Source of the DNA: Octopus vulgaris
Lineage: Eukaryota
Assembly: GCA_951406725.2 (NCBI GenBank)
Contig: OX597837.1
Span: 23,188,001-23,252,000 of the forward strand
Reading direction: 5' to 3'
DNA: 64,000 nucleotides
In this document: positions 12,895 through 28,105 of the stretch, one piece after another
Layout: every line of letters starts with the position of its first letter
How positions within the stretch are numbered: the stretch's first letter is position 1
Notes under the pieces: generated by a model
What the model was told of the DNA's origin: nothing
The model's database searches: none
The model's input: the letters and a program-made list of their open reading frames with translations, nothing else
Program-made: the position numbers and the translations under genes

Positions 12895-13115
12895 TCTTGT
12901 TTCAGCTCAGAACTGCGGCCATGCTGATGCACCGCCATTTCAAGTTGTGGCGGAAGAGCACAGCAAGGACTGCCCCCCCCCCCCACCCTGCTGGAGACTC
13001 GTGGAGCTTTAGGTGTTTTTGCTCAATAAACACTCACAACGCCTTGTCTGGGAATCGAAACCGCGATCTTACGACCGCAAGTCCGCTGCCCTAACCACTG
13101 GGCCATTGTGCCTCC
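12895..13115 (-). mobile_element. tRNA-head SINE (different family)
   Basis: Minus strand GGAGGCACAATGGCCCAGTGGTTAGGGCAGCGGAC...GGTTTCGATTCCC, A- and B-box-like. Confidence 0.7.
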
Positions 13116-13214
13116 ACTATATATAGTTAATAAAAAGCATATAACAGAAAAGAAGCAGACTCTACAGAGTAGAGCAGAAGTTTTTACGACAAAAATTTTG
13201 TAGTGCTTGGACAT

Positions 13215-13275
13215 AAAGTTACCCAAGGTTTCACATCCATAAAGTCAAAGTCTTGTGGACAGGTCGTCAAACTCT
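13215..13275 (-). ncRNA. Degenerate type-I hammerhead
   Basis: Minus strand AGAGT|TTGACGA|CC-TGTCCA..TGGATG-T|GAAA|CCTTGGG|TA|ACTTT; C3 mutated to U. Confidence 0.5.
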
Positions 13276-13543
13276 ATATAAAGGCAAAAATTTAAAATTT
13301 CCACGTTGTTATCATGAGGAAACATTCGGAAATTGAGAAATACTGTACATCTAAACAAAAAACTTTAATGAGAATGGGTTATCTCCCATGAACTAGAGGT
13401 AAAAAGAAACAACCCTTATAGACCCGAAAAGTCCTAACTAGCAAACAAGTAGATCCAGTTTTCCAGTAAATAGCACTAGAAGTGGACACATCTAGAAAAC
13501 ACTTCTTTATAACTGTTTAATGCACCAGGTTTCGTATAGTCAT

Positions 13544-13782
13544 GGAGGCACATGGCTTAGTGTTTAGGGTGTCAGCATCATGATCGTAATATTGTGGTTT
13601 CAATGGACTGGACTGGACGATGCATTGTGTTCTTGAGCAAAACATTGCTCCAATCCACTAAGCTAGCAAAAATGAGTAACGCTGCGATGGACTGGCATCC
13701 CATCCAGCTGGGGAACACATAGGCCATAGAAACCGGAAAACTGGGCCCAAGAGCCTGGCAAGGCTTTAAAAGGGTGCATTTA
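13544..13782 (+). mobile_element. tRNA-head SINE with CTGCGATGGACTGGCATCCC domain
   Basis: GGAGGCACATGGCTTAGTG head; related tails at 23370-23510 and 42125-42210 on the minus strand. Confidence 0.65.
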
Positions 13783-13929
13783 TTATTTTATTTTTTTGTA
13801 TAGTCCTTAAGAATTTTGGCTCTCTCCACAATGCAGATCTTGCAACAGCCACTTCCATTAATATATGGGCCCGAATGATCGATATGTACATACATATATA
13901 TATATATATATATATACTCTTTCCCTTTA

Positions 13930-14310
13930 ATCTTTTACTTGTTTCAGTCATTTGACTGCGGCCATGCTAGAGCACCGCCTTTAATCGACTTATTCTTTGT
14001 AAGCCCAGTACTTATTCTATCGGTCTCTTTTTGCCGAACCGCTAAGTGACGGGGACATAAACACACCAGCATTGGTTGTCAAGCAATGCTAGAGGGACAA
14101 ACACAGACACACAAACACACACACATTCATATATATATACATATATACAACGGGCTTCTTTCAGTTTCCGTCTACCAAATCCACTCACAAGGCTTTGGTC
14201 GGCCCGAGGCTATAGTAGAAGACACTTGCCCAAGATGCTATGCGATGGGACTGAACCCGGAATCATGTGGTTGGTAAGCAAGCTACTTACCACACAGCCA
14301 CTCCTGCGCC
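13930..14310 (-). mobile_element. SINE family A
   Basis: Colinear with 712-1124, with a short internal deletion. Confidence 0.9.
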
Positions 14311-14326
14311 TATATATATATATATA

Positions 14327-14948
<622 letters not shown>

Positions 14949-15217
14949 GTATGTACATATATATATGTATGATATGTGTATATGCTTTTAAAGTAGTAGC
15001 TGCACCTGGCCTTGTTAAAATTTATTAATACTTAAAATAGACATAACAAACATAATAATCGCATAAATCTCTGATATTTTGGATAATTGCTTTACAAAAG
15101 ATGTTGGTCATCTTCATTTTGTCTAAGAATGTTGATTTACTCTGAATTATTGCATCCAAGCATCTCAGAAGCTGGTTCAAGTGGCGCTTCATAAAAAAAA
15201 GAACAAATAAATAGAGA

Positions 15218-15396
<179 letters not shown>

Positions 15397-15959
15397 AGTT
15401 TAAAATAAAATTCTATTTGTGATTTTGTCTGTCTTTATGTTCTGAGTTCCTTTCAGGGTCAATAAAATTAGTACCAGTTAAGTATTGGGGTCGAGTTAAT
15501 CAAATTGCCTTCTGCCCTGAAATTGCTGGCCTTGTGCCAAAATCTGAGACCATTATTGTTATTATCAAGGCAATGAGCTTGGCAGAATTGTTAGCATGTT
15601 GTATATAATGCTTAGCAGCAATTCATCTATCTTCACATTCTGAGTTCAAATTCTGCTGGGGTTGACTTTGCCCTGTCATCCTTTCAGAGTCGATAAAATA
15701 AGTACCAGTTGAACACTGGGGTCAATGTAATAAACTCATCATTCACTTGTCTATGATAAAAATTTGAACTCAGAACGTAACGGCAGACGAAATACCGCTA
15801 AGCCTTTCACCCGGTGTGCTAACGTTTCTGCCAGCTCGGCACTCTAAGCAAACTTCTTACTACACAGCCATGTTTGTGCCTTGCTAAGTATAAAATGACC
15901 CCCCCGCCCATCACCATCACCATCACCATCACCAATATTACAGGTACCATCAAAATATA

Positions 15960-16180
15960 TTTCTTTACTGCCCACAAGGGGCTAAACATAGAGGGGACAA
16001 ACAAAGACAGACAAACGGATTAATTCAATTACATCGACCCCAGTGAGGAACTGGAACTTAATTTATCGACCCCGAAAGGATGAAAGGCAAAGTCGACCTC
16101 AGCGGGATTTGAACTCAGAACGTAACGGCAGACGAAATACGGCTACGCATTTCACCCTGCGTGCTAATGTTTCTGCCAGT
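15960..16180 (-). mobile_element. SINE family B
   Basis: Same core as 6118-6343; further partial B copies at 15420-15840. Confidence 0.8.
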
Positions 16181-16629
16181 AGCACCAAGTACAACTTGTA
16201 AGAAGTTGACAAGATGAATGGAACAATGGCAACTCAGGGCTTGAAAGAACTCTTTGGATCAGCTGAGAGCAAGACAACATCTGCAAGACGATGTGCAGGC
16301 GTCATGAAAAAGGTGCATTCGGTGCACTTGTAACATGGTTAGAGTTAAAGAGGAGGGTGTCAAGCCTTGGAAAACATTTCAAAATTGGTACAGTGGTGCT
16401 AAGATAAGGTTTCCTGGTTTGCTAGATCCTGTCAAGTTGACTGACCCATGCTGGCAAAGAAAAACAGATGTAAAAATAATGATGATGATGATGATGATGA
16501 TGTTGATGATGATAATGATGATGATAATGAATTTGATGATTCACTTCAAAATATTAAAGTATTCCATTATATATGTTTGTATAAATGTTTATACATATGC
16601 GTGTGTGTGTGTGTCAGTATACGTTCATA

Positions 16630-16669
<40 letters not shown>

Positions 16670-16766
16670 CATGTATATATTCATATATATATACATGTAT
16701 GAATATATGAGAGTGTATACATGAATGCAAGTATCTTTACACATACATACATAATGCTTATAAATA

Positions 16767-16807
<41 letters not shown>

Positions 16808-16869
16808 AATATATATATATAGATATATATACAGAGAGAGAGAGACAGAAATTGAGAGTTATATATGCA

Positions 16870-17269
16870 CTCTTTACCTTTACCATTTGACTGCGGCCAT
16901 GCTGGAGCACTGCCTTTAGTCGAGGAAATCGACCCCAGGACTTACACTTTGTAAGCCTAGTACTTATTCTATTGGTCTCTTTTGCCAAACCGCTAAGTTA
17001 CAGGGATGTAAACATACCAGCATCGGTTGTCAAGCGATGGTGTGTGAGGAAGAACAAATACAGACACACAAACACACACACACATATATATACACATACA
17101 TATATACGACAGGCTTCTTTCAGTTTCCATCTATCAAATCCACTCACAAGGCTTTGGTCGGCCCAAGGCTATAGTAGAAGACACTTGTCCAAGGTGTCAT
17201 GCAGTGGGACTGAACCCGGAACCATGTGGTTGGTAAGGAAGCTACTTACCACACAGCCACTCCTGCGCC
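16870..17269 (-). mobile_element. SINE family A
   Basis: Colinear with 712-1124. Confidence 0.9.
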
Positions 17270-17272
17270 TAT

Positions 17273-17337
<65 letters not shown>

Positions 17338-17340
17338 AAT

Positions 17341-17405
<65 letters not shown>

Positions 17406-17739
17406 TATATACATATATACATACATATATATATACATATATACATACACTAAATGTCTGTGTATGTATAGATTGTGCATTATATGCTGCATTTATGAAC
17501 ACTGATGAAAGCCAGTCTGTTGTTGTGTCATAGTAGCAGCAGCAGCAATTGTAGTAGTAGTAGCAGTAGAAAGAAGGCTGTGTGCACATGTGCACACATA
17601 TGTCCATATGCATGCACATGCATACATACATACATACATACATGCACACATATACACACAAACATACATGTACCATGCTCTACCGAACTAAAACTGTCTT
17701 GGTTGTGTATTAGTAAAGCGGTAGAGAGAACTGCTGTGC

Positions 17740-17896
17740 TGCTCCTGCTGCTACTACTGCTGCTGCTGCTGCTACTACTGCTGCTGCTGCTGCTACAGCT
17801 TTTACTGCCTCTATTGCTGCTGGTGGAGGTGCTAGTACTCATACTAGTACTACTAGTGCTGCTACCACCACCACCGTCACCACCGTCACCACCACC

Positions 17897-17950
<54 letters not shown>

Positions 17951-18105
17951 GCGGCTGCTGCTGCTGCTGCTGCTGCTGCCACTGCTGCTACTCTTGTTGT
18001 TGCTGCTGCTGATGCTACCACCACCACCACCACCGCCACCACCATCACCACCACCACCACCACCGCCACCATCACCACTACTACTATTACACCTACTACA
18101 ACTAT

Positions 18106-18154
<49 letters not shown>

Positions 18155-18156
18155 GC

Positions 18157-18196
<40 letters not shown>

Positions 18197-18312
18197 ACTA
18201 TTGTTGTTGCTGCTGCTGATGCTACCACCACCACCACCACCGCCACCACCATCACCACCACCACCACCACCGCCACCATCACCACTACTACTATTACACC
18301 TACTACAACTAT

Positions 18313-18383
<71 letters not shown>

Positions 18384-18714
18384 CTGCTGCTACTCTTGTT
18401 GTTGCTGCTGCTGATGCTACCCCCACCACTATCACCACTGCCACCACCACCACCACCACTCCCGCCGTCGCCGTTGCCGCCGCCACTGCTGCCACCACCA
18501 CCAGCACCCCCATCCCAAAACCACCACCACCACCACCACTACCACTACCACTACTACTACTACTAATGCTACTGCTGCTGCCACCGCCACTGCCATCACC
18601 ACCACCACTGCTGCTGCTGCTGCTGCTGCTACTGCCGCTGCTCCTGCTACAGCCGCCGGCACCACCCTCACCACCACCACCCTCACCACCACCACCCTCA
18701 CCACCACCACCAGC

Positions 18715-18747
<33 letters not shown>

Positions 18748-18825
18748 CCTGCTACTACTACTACTCCTACTACAAACCACCACTACCACCCACCACCACC
18801 ACCACCACTACCACCACCACCACTG
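17740..18825. repeat. Compound (CTG/CTA/CCA)n array with a ~200-bp higher-order unit
   Basis: Marker TTGTTGTTGCTGCTGCTGATGCTAC occurs 3 times and TATTACACCTACTACAACTATT twice. Confidence 0.9.
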
Positions 18826-19197
18826 TAGCTAAGAGGAGGTATTTACAACATTGTTGTTGGTGGTGCCGACCCCACCTTCCAAGTCGGCCCCATCTGTACT
18901 AAGACTACCAGCATCACTACCACTACCGTTACTAGTAATGTAACTACTAATTGTTAGTATCACTAACAACAATACTGATTATATACACAGGATATGTGTT
19001 TCTGTGTATGTGCTTGTCTCTGTGTGTGTGTTTGTGAGTTTGGGTATGTGTGTGTTTATGTGTATGTGGTTGTGTTTGTGTGTGTGTCTCTGTGTGTGTA
19101 GTTGTGTGTTTGTTTATGTGTGTGTGTTTTTATGTGTGTGTTTATCTGTGTGTTTATGAGTGTGTGCCAGTGTGTGCATTTTTTATGTTTGACTGTG

Positions 19198-19247
<50 letters not shown>

Positions 19248-19845
19248 TGTTTGTGTGCAAGTGTTTACGCGTGTGTTTATGAGTGTGTGTTTGTGCGTTG
19301 ATGTGTGTATGTTTGTGGGCGTCTTTATGAGCGTGTGCATTTGTGGATTTATGTATGTGTTTACATGTGTGTGTGCTTGTTTATGTGTGCTTTGGTGTGT
19401 GTGCATATTTATCTGTGTGTGTGTTTTGTGTGTGCATGTGTATGAGTGTGTGTGTGTGAGATGATGATAGATCTTCCATCAATTTCAACCATGAATTTTC
19501 ACTTGTTCCATCAACAAAACAAGCTATTCTATTTAAATTAAGACATGAACTGGTTGAGTATTCCACAGCATTTTTAAGAAGAAACAGCATGACAGAGTGT
19601 GGAATAAGGCTGGTTCTTCTGAATTACAATCAATCAATGTGATTCCACATAGTTTCCATTTAACCAATTTCACTTAGAAGGCATATTGAATCTTGTTGAA
19701 GATATTAAGCAATGGAATTAAAACCAGAATCTATAGATTGAGAAGCCAGATTCGCACACAAACACTCACACATACACACACACACACGTACTCATAGACA
19801 CACACTCATACATACATACATACATTCATACATACATACGTATAT

Positions 19846-20022
19846 CATCATCATCATCGTTTAACGTCCGTTTTCCGCGCTAGCATGGGTTGGACGGTTC
19901 GACCGGGGTCTGGGGAGCCAGGGGCTGCTCCAGGCTCCAGTCTGATCTGGCAGTGTTTCTACAGCTGGATGCCCTTCCTAATGCCAACCACTCCACGAGT
20001 GTAGTGGGTGCTTTTTACGTGC
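19846..20022 (-). mobile_element. RTE LINE 3' UTR/tail (family C)
   Basis: (CAT)n + CGTTTAACGTCCG...GGATGCCCTTCCTAATGCCAACC; same sequence ends the RTE at 33930-34912. Confidence 0.8.
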
Positions 20023-20079
20023 CATATATGTATATATGTATATATATATATATGTATATATATATATGCATGGCTGTGT

Positions 20080-20112
<33 letters not shown>

Positions 20113-20154
20113 ATATATATATATATGTATGTATGTATATATGCATGGCTGTGT

Positions 20155-20193
<39 letters not shown>

Positions 20194-20413
20194 GTATATT
20201 TGTATATATGTATATATTTGTGAGTATGTTCCTGTAACTTAGTAGTTCAGCAAAAAGTGCTCAATAGAGTAAGCACTAGGCCTACAAAGAATAAGTGCTG
20301 GGATCAATTTCTTCAACTAAAACCCAATAAGGCAATGCTCCAGCATGGTCACAGCCAAATGACTGAAACAAGTAAAAGAATAAAAGAACAAACAAAAGAA
20401 TGTATGTATGTGC

Positions 20414-20462
<49 letters not shown>

Positions 20463-20463
20463 T

Positions 20464-20538
<75 letters not shown>

Positions 20539-20555
20539 ACAAACACACACATACA

Positions 20556-21640
20556 CAGGGTGTGGTGAATAAACTGTGATCTAAATTACACAAAAATGAA
20601 AATTGCACTGACATCTCATTTTAACAACTATATTTACCAGTTAGATAAAAAATGTCTTGAAATACTAAAGAGTAAATTTATTCAATAAAATCACCATTGA
20701 ACCCAAGACAGCCATGGCCTCCAGATGACCATGTTCTCCAGACAACTTCAGAATATCCTGCAACTCTTCTGAACAGTCTCCTTGTTTAACCCTTTAGTGT
20801 TTAGATTACTCTGTTAAATGTGATATTTTTTCACTCAAACTGTTTTGAATTAATCATGCATTATCTTATAGCTTTGAGGTTTCAATGATGTGATTGTTTA
20901 TTTTTAGAATATCAATGTAGGTTAGGTGTGAGAGGCTAGATATCGCCAGTTTGAATATAAAACATACAGAATATTTGGGCCGGATACGGCCAGTTTAAAC
21001 ACTAAAGGGTTAAGCTGATGAATGTTGACATAATCCTTGCCTTCAGTTTGGTGTTTCAAGGAGTTTTGTTGGTCTCTTGCTCAACTGGGGTTGTGGAGTT
21101 AGGTGGCCAGACATTAGGGGTGATATGGTTGCAGACATTGTCTAACAACCATAACTAGGTTCTCCTGCTTGTGTGGCATGGTGCAGAGTCCTGTTGCCAG
21201 ACATAGGGTCCTCCAGCAGTCACCCTCTTCACCCAGGACAGTACTACCTCCTCCAGGCACTTGATGTAGGCCTCCGTGTTGAGTCTGAGTCTGTGTGGGA
21301 AGTTGAATGGAGGCATAACGTTGCCATCACTAGTGATCATTCCAAACACCATGATGTTGACTGGATGTTTGATTTTTATCACTCTTGGTATGTGTTCTCA
21401 GATTGCATTGTCCTCAGATTGATACTCAAACACTCTGAAATGTCTGTATTGGAGCTTCCAGCACAAATGCCAAGCAATACAGCATGTTTTCAAATTTCTG
21501 GCAAAGTGAATTGCATCATGATGCTGTTTTCTCACAGATGGTGCCCAACTGACCCTACTATACTGTGTAGTCAACAAAATCTAAAACAAATCATGTGCAA
21601 AATTTAAAGTATGAAATGGTGACAATTTACCCTTCGCACC

Positions 21641-21643
<3 letters not shown>
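20556..21643 (-). mobile_element. Internally deleted Tc1/mariner DD37D (maT-like) transposon
   Basis: KHPVNIMVFGMITSDG..PPF..NTEAYIKCLEEVVLSW..VWQQDSAPCHTS; imperfect CAGGGTG termini; homologous to 31015-31848. Confidence 0.8.
20790..21009. mobile_element. piggyBac-type MITE nested in the maT element
   Basis: TTAA|CCCTTTAGTGTTTA ... TAAACACTAAAGGG|TTAA. Confidence 0.85.
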
Positions 21644-21703
<60 letters not shown>

Positions 21704-21706
<3 letters not shown>

Positions 21707-21861
21707 AGTGGTTAGCGTTAGGAAGAGCATCCATCCATAGAAACTGCCAGATCAGACTGGGCCTGGTGCAGCCTTCTGGCTTCCCAGACCCCAGTTGAAC
21801 TGTCCAACCCATGCAAGCATGGAAAGCGGACGCTAAATAATGATGATGATAATGATGATGA

Positions 21862-21865
<4 letters not shown>
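21704..21865 (+). mobile_element. RTE 3' tail (family C)
   Basis: GGAGTGGTTAGCGTTAGGAAG...(ATG)n. Confidence 0.8.
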
Positions 21866-21902
<37 letters not shown>

Positions 21903-21904
21903 TA

Positions 21905-22440
21905 CGATGAGGGTCGGCTAAAAAGTTCACAGACTGACCAAAATACTTTTATGGAAAATGACCAAATGAGGTTTATCTTTCAGCATAGTCCCTCTTGCAG
22001 TTCACACACTTCTTCCATTGGTGTTGCACTTCTTGGACCCATTGGTGAAGAAGCTTTCGTCCTGTTGGTCAAAAAGAGTTCTCAGCAGCTGATATGATAT
22101 CATCATAATCACTGTGACACTGGTGGCCACCCAAACGTTTTTTTTTCATGTGGGGGAACAGATGATAGTGAGATGGGACCAAATCAAGAAGAATAGGGTG
22201 GGTGATCAACCACTTCAAACCCACAGTCACACACAGCAGCCATTGAAACCAAAGATTTGTGTTTTGTGTGCTGGAGCATTGTCCTGATGAAACAAGATGC
22301 TTTGTGCCAATTTTCATGGGCATTTGGTCTTGACAGCCTTTTGTAACTCCAAAGCAAGTTGACATAGTACTCTCCATTGATGATGTGGTCTTTTTGAAGA
22401 AAGTCAATAGACACAATACCCTTCATATTCCTTTTGCAGA
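21905..22440 (-). mobile_element. mariner (DD34D) 3' fragment
   Basis: IDFLQKDHIINGEYYVNLL...VDHPPYS..DLVPSHYHLF; mariner-like end CGATGAGGGTCGGCTAAAAAGTTC. Confidence 0.75.
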
Positions 22441-23559
22441 TGAAATGACTTTGAAAGAGGAAGAGAAGAGGCCTATATAAAATATGTAGCAGGTTGTGAT
22501 AATAGAGGAATTCCAACTACGTTTTGGGGTTTGCTACCTCAATAGATCCTTTATAGGATCCAGTGGCTAAAGGCCATGTCAAGAGGGACCATGTCCGGTT
22601 TCTGCCCCTACTCCTCTGCTGTTTTCGACCTGGTGGCCATACCCTTTTGGAGGTGTCTTCAGCTCTGGTGTCGAGTGCATTTCTTCTTTCTCGTTCTGTC
22701 TTCTGTTCCCTGGCCTCTTCGATGCAGCATCAATGAGTGCCAGCGGACGACTGACCATCCTGCCAAATTTCCCTTTAAATACTCGCTGGTAGGCTCCAGC
22801 AGCCAGCACCAACTAGTTATCATGTGACACTGTCTAAACTTCAACTGACCAATGGAGGGGAAAGGTGTGTGATCTTAGCTCGCACCCTCTCTGAACCTGC
22901 CTTCCAACAGTGTTGTGTTAGTTTCAGTTCCAGTAGCCAGAGCCAACCAGCTGTTTGGTGGTACAAGCCTGCGAACTAGGATAAAAGATAAAAGCTAACA
23001 ATATCACCAAACATCAGCAACAAAACAAACAGTAACCACGATAATATTATTTTGACATAATTGAGCAATTAGAAATAATGATAATTAAATAATAATAAAA
23101 GCCAAAATAAACAAAGTGGAACAATGAATAAGAGTGGTAATAATCCTTTCTGCTGTTGGCACAAAACCTGAAATTTGATGAGGAGTGGCTAAGTGGACTA
23201 CATTGACCCCAGTGTCTGACTGGTACTTATTTTATTGACTCCAAAAGGATGAAAGGCAAAATTGATCTCAGTGGGATTTGAACTCTTAATGTAAGGATGG
23301 ATGAAATGCCACTAAGCATTTCATCCAGTAAGCTAACAATTCTGCCAGCTTGCTGCTTTAAGAAAGATCCTTTCCGGTTCATATAGACTCCTAGGGCTGG
23401 TTTCTGTGGTGTATATATTCCCCCTGGATAGGATGCCCATCTGTTGCAGGATTACTAATTTTTGCCAGATGAGTGAACTGGAGTAATGTGAAAATGAAGT
23501 GTTTTGCTCATTTTTGCAGGTTTTCAGCTAAATCTTGTTGGAGATCTCCAAGGTTTGAA

Positions 23560-24020
23560 ACATAAAAGCCTAGTGAAATCATAATTGTGGCTGATGCTGG
23601 TGTCACATAACTGACACCTGTGCTGGTGTCATGTAAAAAGCACCTTTCAAGCATTGGGTCTCATAGAGGCAAAGTGGGTGAGCTACTTTCAAGTTTTGGG
23701 CCTCATGGGGGCAATGACCAAGATCTTTGGCATTATGTCGTGCTTGAGAAGAAGACCCATCAAACTGAGCAAAATCACAGTCATGGCAGATACCGGTGTC
23801 ACACAAATTGGCACCCGTGCTGGTGGCATGTAAAAGCACTCATTACACTCTTGGAGTGGTTGGTGTTAGGAAGGGCATCCAGCTATAGAAACCATGTAAA
23901 ATCTGATTGGAGTCTGGTGCAGACTTCCAGCTTGCCAGCCCCGGTCAAACCATCCAACTCATACCAGCATAGACAATGTGTCTTAAATGATGATGACGAT
24001 GAAGGTGATGATGATGATAT
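23560..24020 (+). mobile_element. RTE 3' UTR (family C, longer copy)
   Basis: Homologous to 34480-34912. Confidence 0.75.
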
Positions 24021-24029
24021 ACTCTCTCT

Positions 24030-24443
24030 TTACTCTTTTACTCTTTTACTTATTTCAGTCATTTGACTGCGGCCATGCTGGAGCACCGCCTTTAGTCGAG
24101 CAAATCGACCCTGGGACTTATTCTTTGTAAGCCCGGTACTTATTCTATCGGTCTCTTTTGCCGAACCGCTAAGTGACGGGGATGTAAACACACCAGCATC
24201 GGTTGTCAAGCAATGCTAGGGGGACAAACACAGACACACAACCCCCCCCACACACACACACATATATATATACATATATACGACAGACTTCTTTCAGTTT
24301 CCGCCTACCAAATCCACTCACAAGGCATTGGTCGGCCCGGGGCTATAGCAGAAGACACTTGCCCAAGATGTCACGCAGTGGGACTGAACCCAGAACCATG
24401 TGGTTGGTTAGCAAGCTACTTACCACACAGCCACTCCTGCGCC
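24030..24443 (-). mobile_element. SINE family A
   Basis: Colinear with 712-1124. Confidence 0.9.
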
Positions 24444-24889
24444 TATATAAATATACATATATAAAACAAAACAAGAAAATAGACATTGCTTGGTATCATT
24501 AATTCACTATTACATGTGTTCTATTTGGTAATAGGAATTGCAAAGATTTGCATGTCAGATAGACATGTAAGGAATTTCTGGTTAGAAATTTGTCAGAGAA
24601 ACTATAAACAAATATGAAAAGACATTTCTATCTAACATGTAAATTCATGTAATTCCTCTTGGAAGATGAAATATGTGTAATGGAGAACAAGTGATATCAA
24701 AAACTTTTCATTTTCCTGCTTTGTTATATGATAATTCTGCTAATAATATTTCCATAATTCTTAAGTTTGAAATGTATTTGATTAAAATACAGCAGCAACT
24801 ATGGATACATAATGATTGTAATAATGGAATAAGCTGATGTGCTTTGAGAAGAAACAGCTGGGATTTATCCTAACTAGCTGTATTATATA

Positions 24890-25283
24890 CTAGCAGTATC
24901 GCCCGGCGTTGCTGGGGTTTGTAAGGGAAATAACTATACAGCATTTTTAGAGAGTTATAGCCCAAAAATAGCAAAAAAATGCATTAAAAATGGAAAAAAT
25001 ACGATGGTAAATTTTTTTTAAAATCGTTGACTCATCGTAGACATTTTTAGAGAGTTACTTCCCTTCAAAAAAATATGCATGAAAATGGAAAAAAATGATG
25101 TTAAATTATTTTTAAAATCGTAGATTCATCGTAGATGCATGCTAATACCCAGAAGGGCTTGATATGAATCACGACTATAAGATACCCGGTTTTGGTTAAA
25201 CTGCACCGCAAAATGTGGGAGTAGTTAGGAATCTAAATCGAAGGGGACAGACACTCACACAACTACAGTTTTATATATAAAGA
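24890..25283 (-). mobile_element. Non-autonomous Helitron (same family as 14327-14839)
   Basis: CTAGCAGTATCGCCCGGCGTTGC on plus is the 3' end; other end matches 14327-14500. Confidence 0.85.
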
Positions 25284-25397
25284 TAAAGACAAATCAAAAA
25301 TATGAAACAGGAAAAAAAAAACAACAAAAGACAATTGGACTGACACAATAAATATATTAAATTGACATTCACGGAAAGTTTGAGATAGAGAAACATG

Positions 25398-25432
25398 AGT
25401 GATGTTTCAAGCATTGGCTCTTTGTTAGAAAG
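25398..25432 (-). ncRNA. Heavily decayed mini-hammerhead
   Basis: Minus strand CTAACAA|AGAGC-CAAT-GCTT|GAAA|CATC, derivable from CTGACGA..GCTC GAAA CGTC mostly by CpG transitions. Confidence 0.35.
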
Positions 25433-26312
25433 TGGATAAGTCAAGAGAGAAGGGAATGGAAAAAGGAGTAGAGCCTGAGAAAAGCACCTGTCTTTACATG
25501 ACTGGACAATAATTGACTGGAAGTTGGAGAGAGATAGAGAATGTGGTTTTGAAGGCCAAGTGTTTTGCACATGCATATGCTAAGCCCTAGGCTCGATATT
25601 CTCTGCCATTAAGTCACTATGTATCTTCTACTGCTTATAAATAGTAAAATATACATGTTCATGTATATTTATCCTGTTAGTTCTACTAGACCTTCACACA
25701 TTTTATTTATATTTACCTCCTTGCCTCATGCCATTTTTAGTTCATTATGCCATGTGGGCAGTGCCTGATGACTGTGCTGGGACACCAGATGTGTTATAAA
25801 ACAAAGTTTGGCATGTTCTCAGCACATGAAACTAATAGTAGTATATAAAAACATATATTGTGCTTACCAAATTATATATTTACCTCTCACCAGATGGAGT
25901 ACTTTTTTGCTGATCTTAACATCATTGAACAGAATACTATATAAATTAATATATACATATATTTTTTTATTCTTTCGATATAAATATATATATATTTAGC
26001 AACAGCAACAGAATGACTCAAGGACTGGTCCTGAAGTCTGTTGCTTCAGCAAAACATTAATAGAAAAACAGATGTGTGTGTATGTGTGTGTGTGTATGTG
26101 TGTGTGTGTATGTGTGTGTGTGTATGTGTGTGTATGTGTGTGTGTGTATGTGTGTGTGTGTATGTGTGTGTGTGTGTGGACATAAAGGAACACCTGAAGT
26201 AAATCCAGTGGCATATAATACTTCCATACTGTTGACATCAGGTAGCCGAATACTGTGAATAGGCATTAAATGGCATACTACAAGGTGTACGCCCAACTAT
26301 AGAATTTATTAC

Positions 26313-26377
<65 letters not shown>

Positions 26378-26717
26378 TACAGACAAGAGAGCAAGAGAAT
26401 GTTGTTGGAAACTAGTGATGCTAAAAATGCAAGTGTCCATGTGGTAATATTAATAGTTTAACTACAAGCTCTGAGTGTGTGTGTATGTGTATGTATATAT
26501 ATATATATATATATATATTTTATTAACAGTGAAACAATTGTCTAGGGTTAATCTACATTTTTGTTATTTTTCTTTTGTCCTGCTCGCTTATGTTCATAGT
26601 TGTGCTAATTTTTCTTGAGAACAATTCTTGGTGGTTGAGACCATTGCGGATCTATCTTTAGTGCAAGAGCGTCCACATAGTGGATTCTCTCTTATATTTG
26701 TATATATATATAGAGTG

Positions 26718-26790
<73 letters not shown>

Positions 26791-26799
26791 ATACACTAT

Positions 26800-26915
<116 letters not shown>

Positions 26916-27080
26916 TCTATGTATCTTGTCAGATGAGTGCCATCCCTTCATTGAACCTTGCACAAGCATTGTGCATGCAGGAGGCTCTTCAGCCCAGCTT
27001 CAGTTCTGCAAGTACATTTATAGATGTATCACTTGAAATGTCTGTCTCTTGTATTTGTGTGCATCTTGGTCTATGTCGAC

Positions 27081-27615
<535 letters not shown>

Positions 27616-27975
27616 TACTAATATTACATAGTAGTGGTGCTGAACAAGTAGTAGTCTATTAGTAGTTGTACTTTCTAAAGTCTTCCAATCTATTTCTTCT
27701 GTTTTTCTGTCTCTACATCTCTCTTTACATTCTGTCTGGCTATCTGTCTCTCTCTCTCTTTATCATATTACACACATGCACACACACACTCACAAACACA
27801 CACACACACACACACCACACACGAGTGTGTATGTATACACATGTGTATACACACATATACTTCAATACGTACATACATGCCTACTTACATGCATACATGC
27901 ATATATATATGTATATATATATACACACACACACACATATATATGTATGTATGTATGTATATATATATGTATGTT

Positions 27976-28013
<38 letters not shown>

Positions 28014-28062
28014 CATACATATATGTATATGTTTATATATATATGTACACACATATGTGTAT

Positions 28063-28093
<31 letters not shown>

Positions 28094-28105
28094 CACATAT
28101 ACATA

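Noticed and set aside
17505-18832. Long ORFs (353 aa poly-Leu/Pro; 316 aa poly-Val/Ala/Ser)
   Set aside because: Translations of stop-free triplet microsatellites; no domain or splice evidence
26940-27000. Minus-strand CTGAAGA followed by a hairpin
   Set aside because: No GAAA/stem III/UH in register, so not counted as a hammerhead
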